Shown piece by piece: positions 33,766 to 34,857 of a DNA stretch of 34,857 bases (position 1 is its first letter; each line of letters opens with the position of its first letter). Both the position numbers and the translations under genes were made by a program. Below the pieces are notes generated by a model, which made no database searches, was not told the origin of the DNA, and was given only the letters and a program-made list of their open reading frames with translations. This DNA is from Octopus bimaculoides (taxonomy: Eukaryota), in assembly GCF_001194135.2 (NCBI RefSeq), contig NC_068981.1, positions 126,629,985 through 126,664,841 of the forward strand. Reading direction: 5' to 3'.

Positions 33766-34570
33766 ATGGGGGGGGGGCTGGTCATGCCTTGGCTAAAAAT
33801 GCGCAGACATACGGTAAAGCTAAGACATCTCTGGCTCTACCTAGACGGTGAACAGGTGTGGTCGCCCTTCCTCAAACTGGTCTTCCCACAGTTCACATCT
33901 TTTAGCGAACTGAACTCTTGGATGAAGCGCAGACCTAGGTTGGGTGCTTGGCAAGCAAAGTGCCGTCAGGCTCTCATGCTTCTCTGCTGAACGGGCAACG
34001 CGTGCGGTGGGGATTCCACCTCGTCTTTCTACAGAGAGTTAGCGGCCGGCAAGTGCGATGACGTTCTGGGGGAGATCCTAGACTTAGATGACAGTCAACT
34101 TACCAGTCTGTTCCGGAAGACTTTCGGGCCGGGCCCCATGGACAACTACCAGAAATCCTGAACTGACAGTGCTACCGAGGAGCACTGCCTGTTCTATATA
34201 AACTCTTTAGGAACAAAAGTGCAGCCACACGGACATGTGCGAGATGCGAGCAGAGCAATGACACTGTTTTGCATGCGATCGTACAGTGTCTGCTGATTTC
34301 TAATTTATGGGTTTATGTGGAGCACCTACTGTCGCGTATGTCACAGTTGTGAACTGAGTCCATCATTAAGATGGTTCCGCCTCCTTCCTTCATCAAGGAA
34401 AGGCAGGCAACTTTTCTCTGTTTGGTAGCTATAGCAAAAGAGGTCGTGTGGTTGACGTGTGTGAAAGGGATTGCATATGTATGTGTATGAAATGCTTTTG
34501 ACATTATATCTAGATATTCCGAATGTCTGCTCCTGGAAGATTTCTCGAGAAGGTGAATCCTGAGCAAGGT
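33766..34570 (+). mobile_element. L1/Tx1-clade LINE ORF2 C-terminal fragment
   Basis: GGGLVMPWLKMRRH..., QCYRGALPV, CCHC knuckle CARCEQSNDTVLHAIVQC, PPPSFIKERQATFLCLVAIAKEVVW, ECLLLEDFSRR*. Several stops and frameshifts. Confidence 0.85.
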
Positions 34571-34800
34571 TTTTGTTTTATTTTTAGAAAACTAGCAGTT
34601 ACATATGCATGCAGACATTTTCTATCCATGCTACTCGTACCGATGTTGTCCAGAGGAAGACAAATTTGAAGACAATATATACAAGCAGCGCCGTCTCGGG
34701 CGTTGTTGTCAGAATGTAGAGTGAGTGGAACAAATAGCGTAACGCAATGCGTCCGACATACGAACGTTTTTCACAACAGAATGCCTTTGACAGGTATATT

Positions 34801-34857
<57 letters not shown>

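Overview
AT-rich, microsatellite-saturated eukaryotic DNA from a short-read assembly (six N gaps, most flanked by simple repeats). The SINE families and repeat landscape look like an octopod cephalopod genome; this is my recognition, not a database result. I found no intact protein-coding gene, and most ORF-track entries are translated microsatellites. The window is a transposon graveyard: two RLE-type (R4/Dong-like) LINEs, two Tc1/mariner elements, L1/Tx1 pieces, a decayed Helitron helicase, a Penelope ORF fragment, a hAT MITE and many SINEs. The main signal that the ORF track misses is a set of six minimal type-I hammerhead ribozyme motifs (CUGANGA...GAAA...NUH, with a palindromic or near-palindromic helix III) in four unrelated sequence families. 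Three of the families sit in short non-coding elements with terminal direct repeats and/or head-to-head inverted partial copies, ending in TA/TAA microsatellites; the fourth (16464-16517) shows no such repeats. This is the architecture known for Penelope pseudo-LTRs and retrozymes. One copy carries an L1/Tx1-derived insertion with an 8-bp target duplication just upstream of the ribozyme, and the empty site is present in the same window. Ribozyme activity is inferred from hand-folding only.
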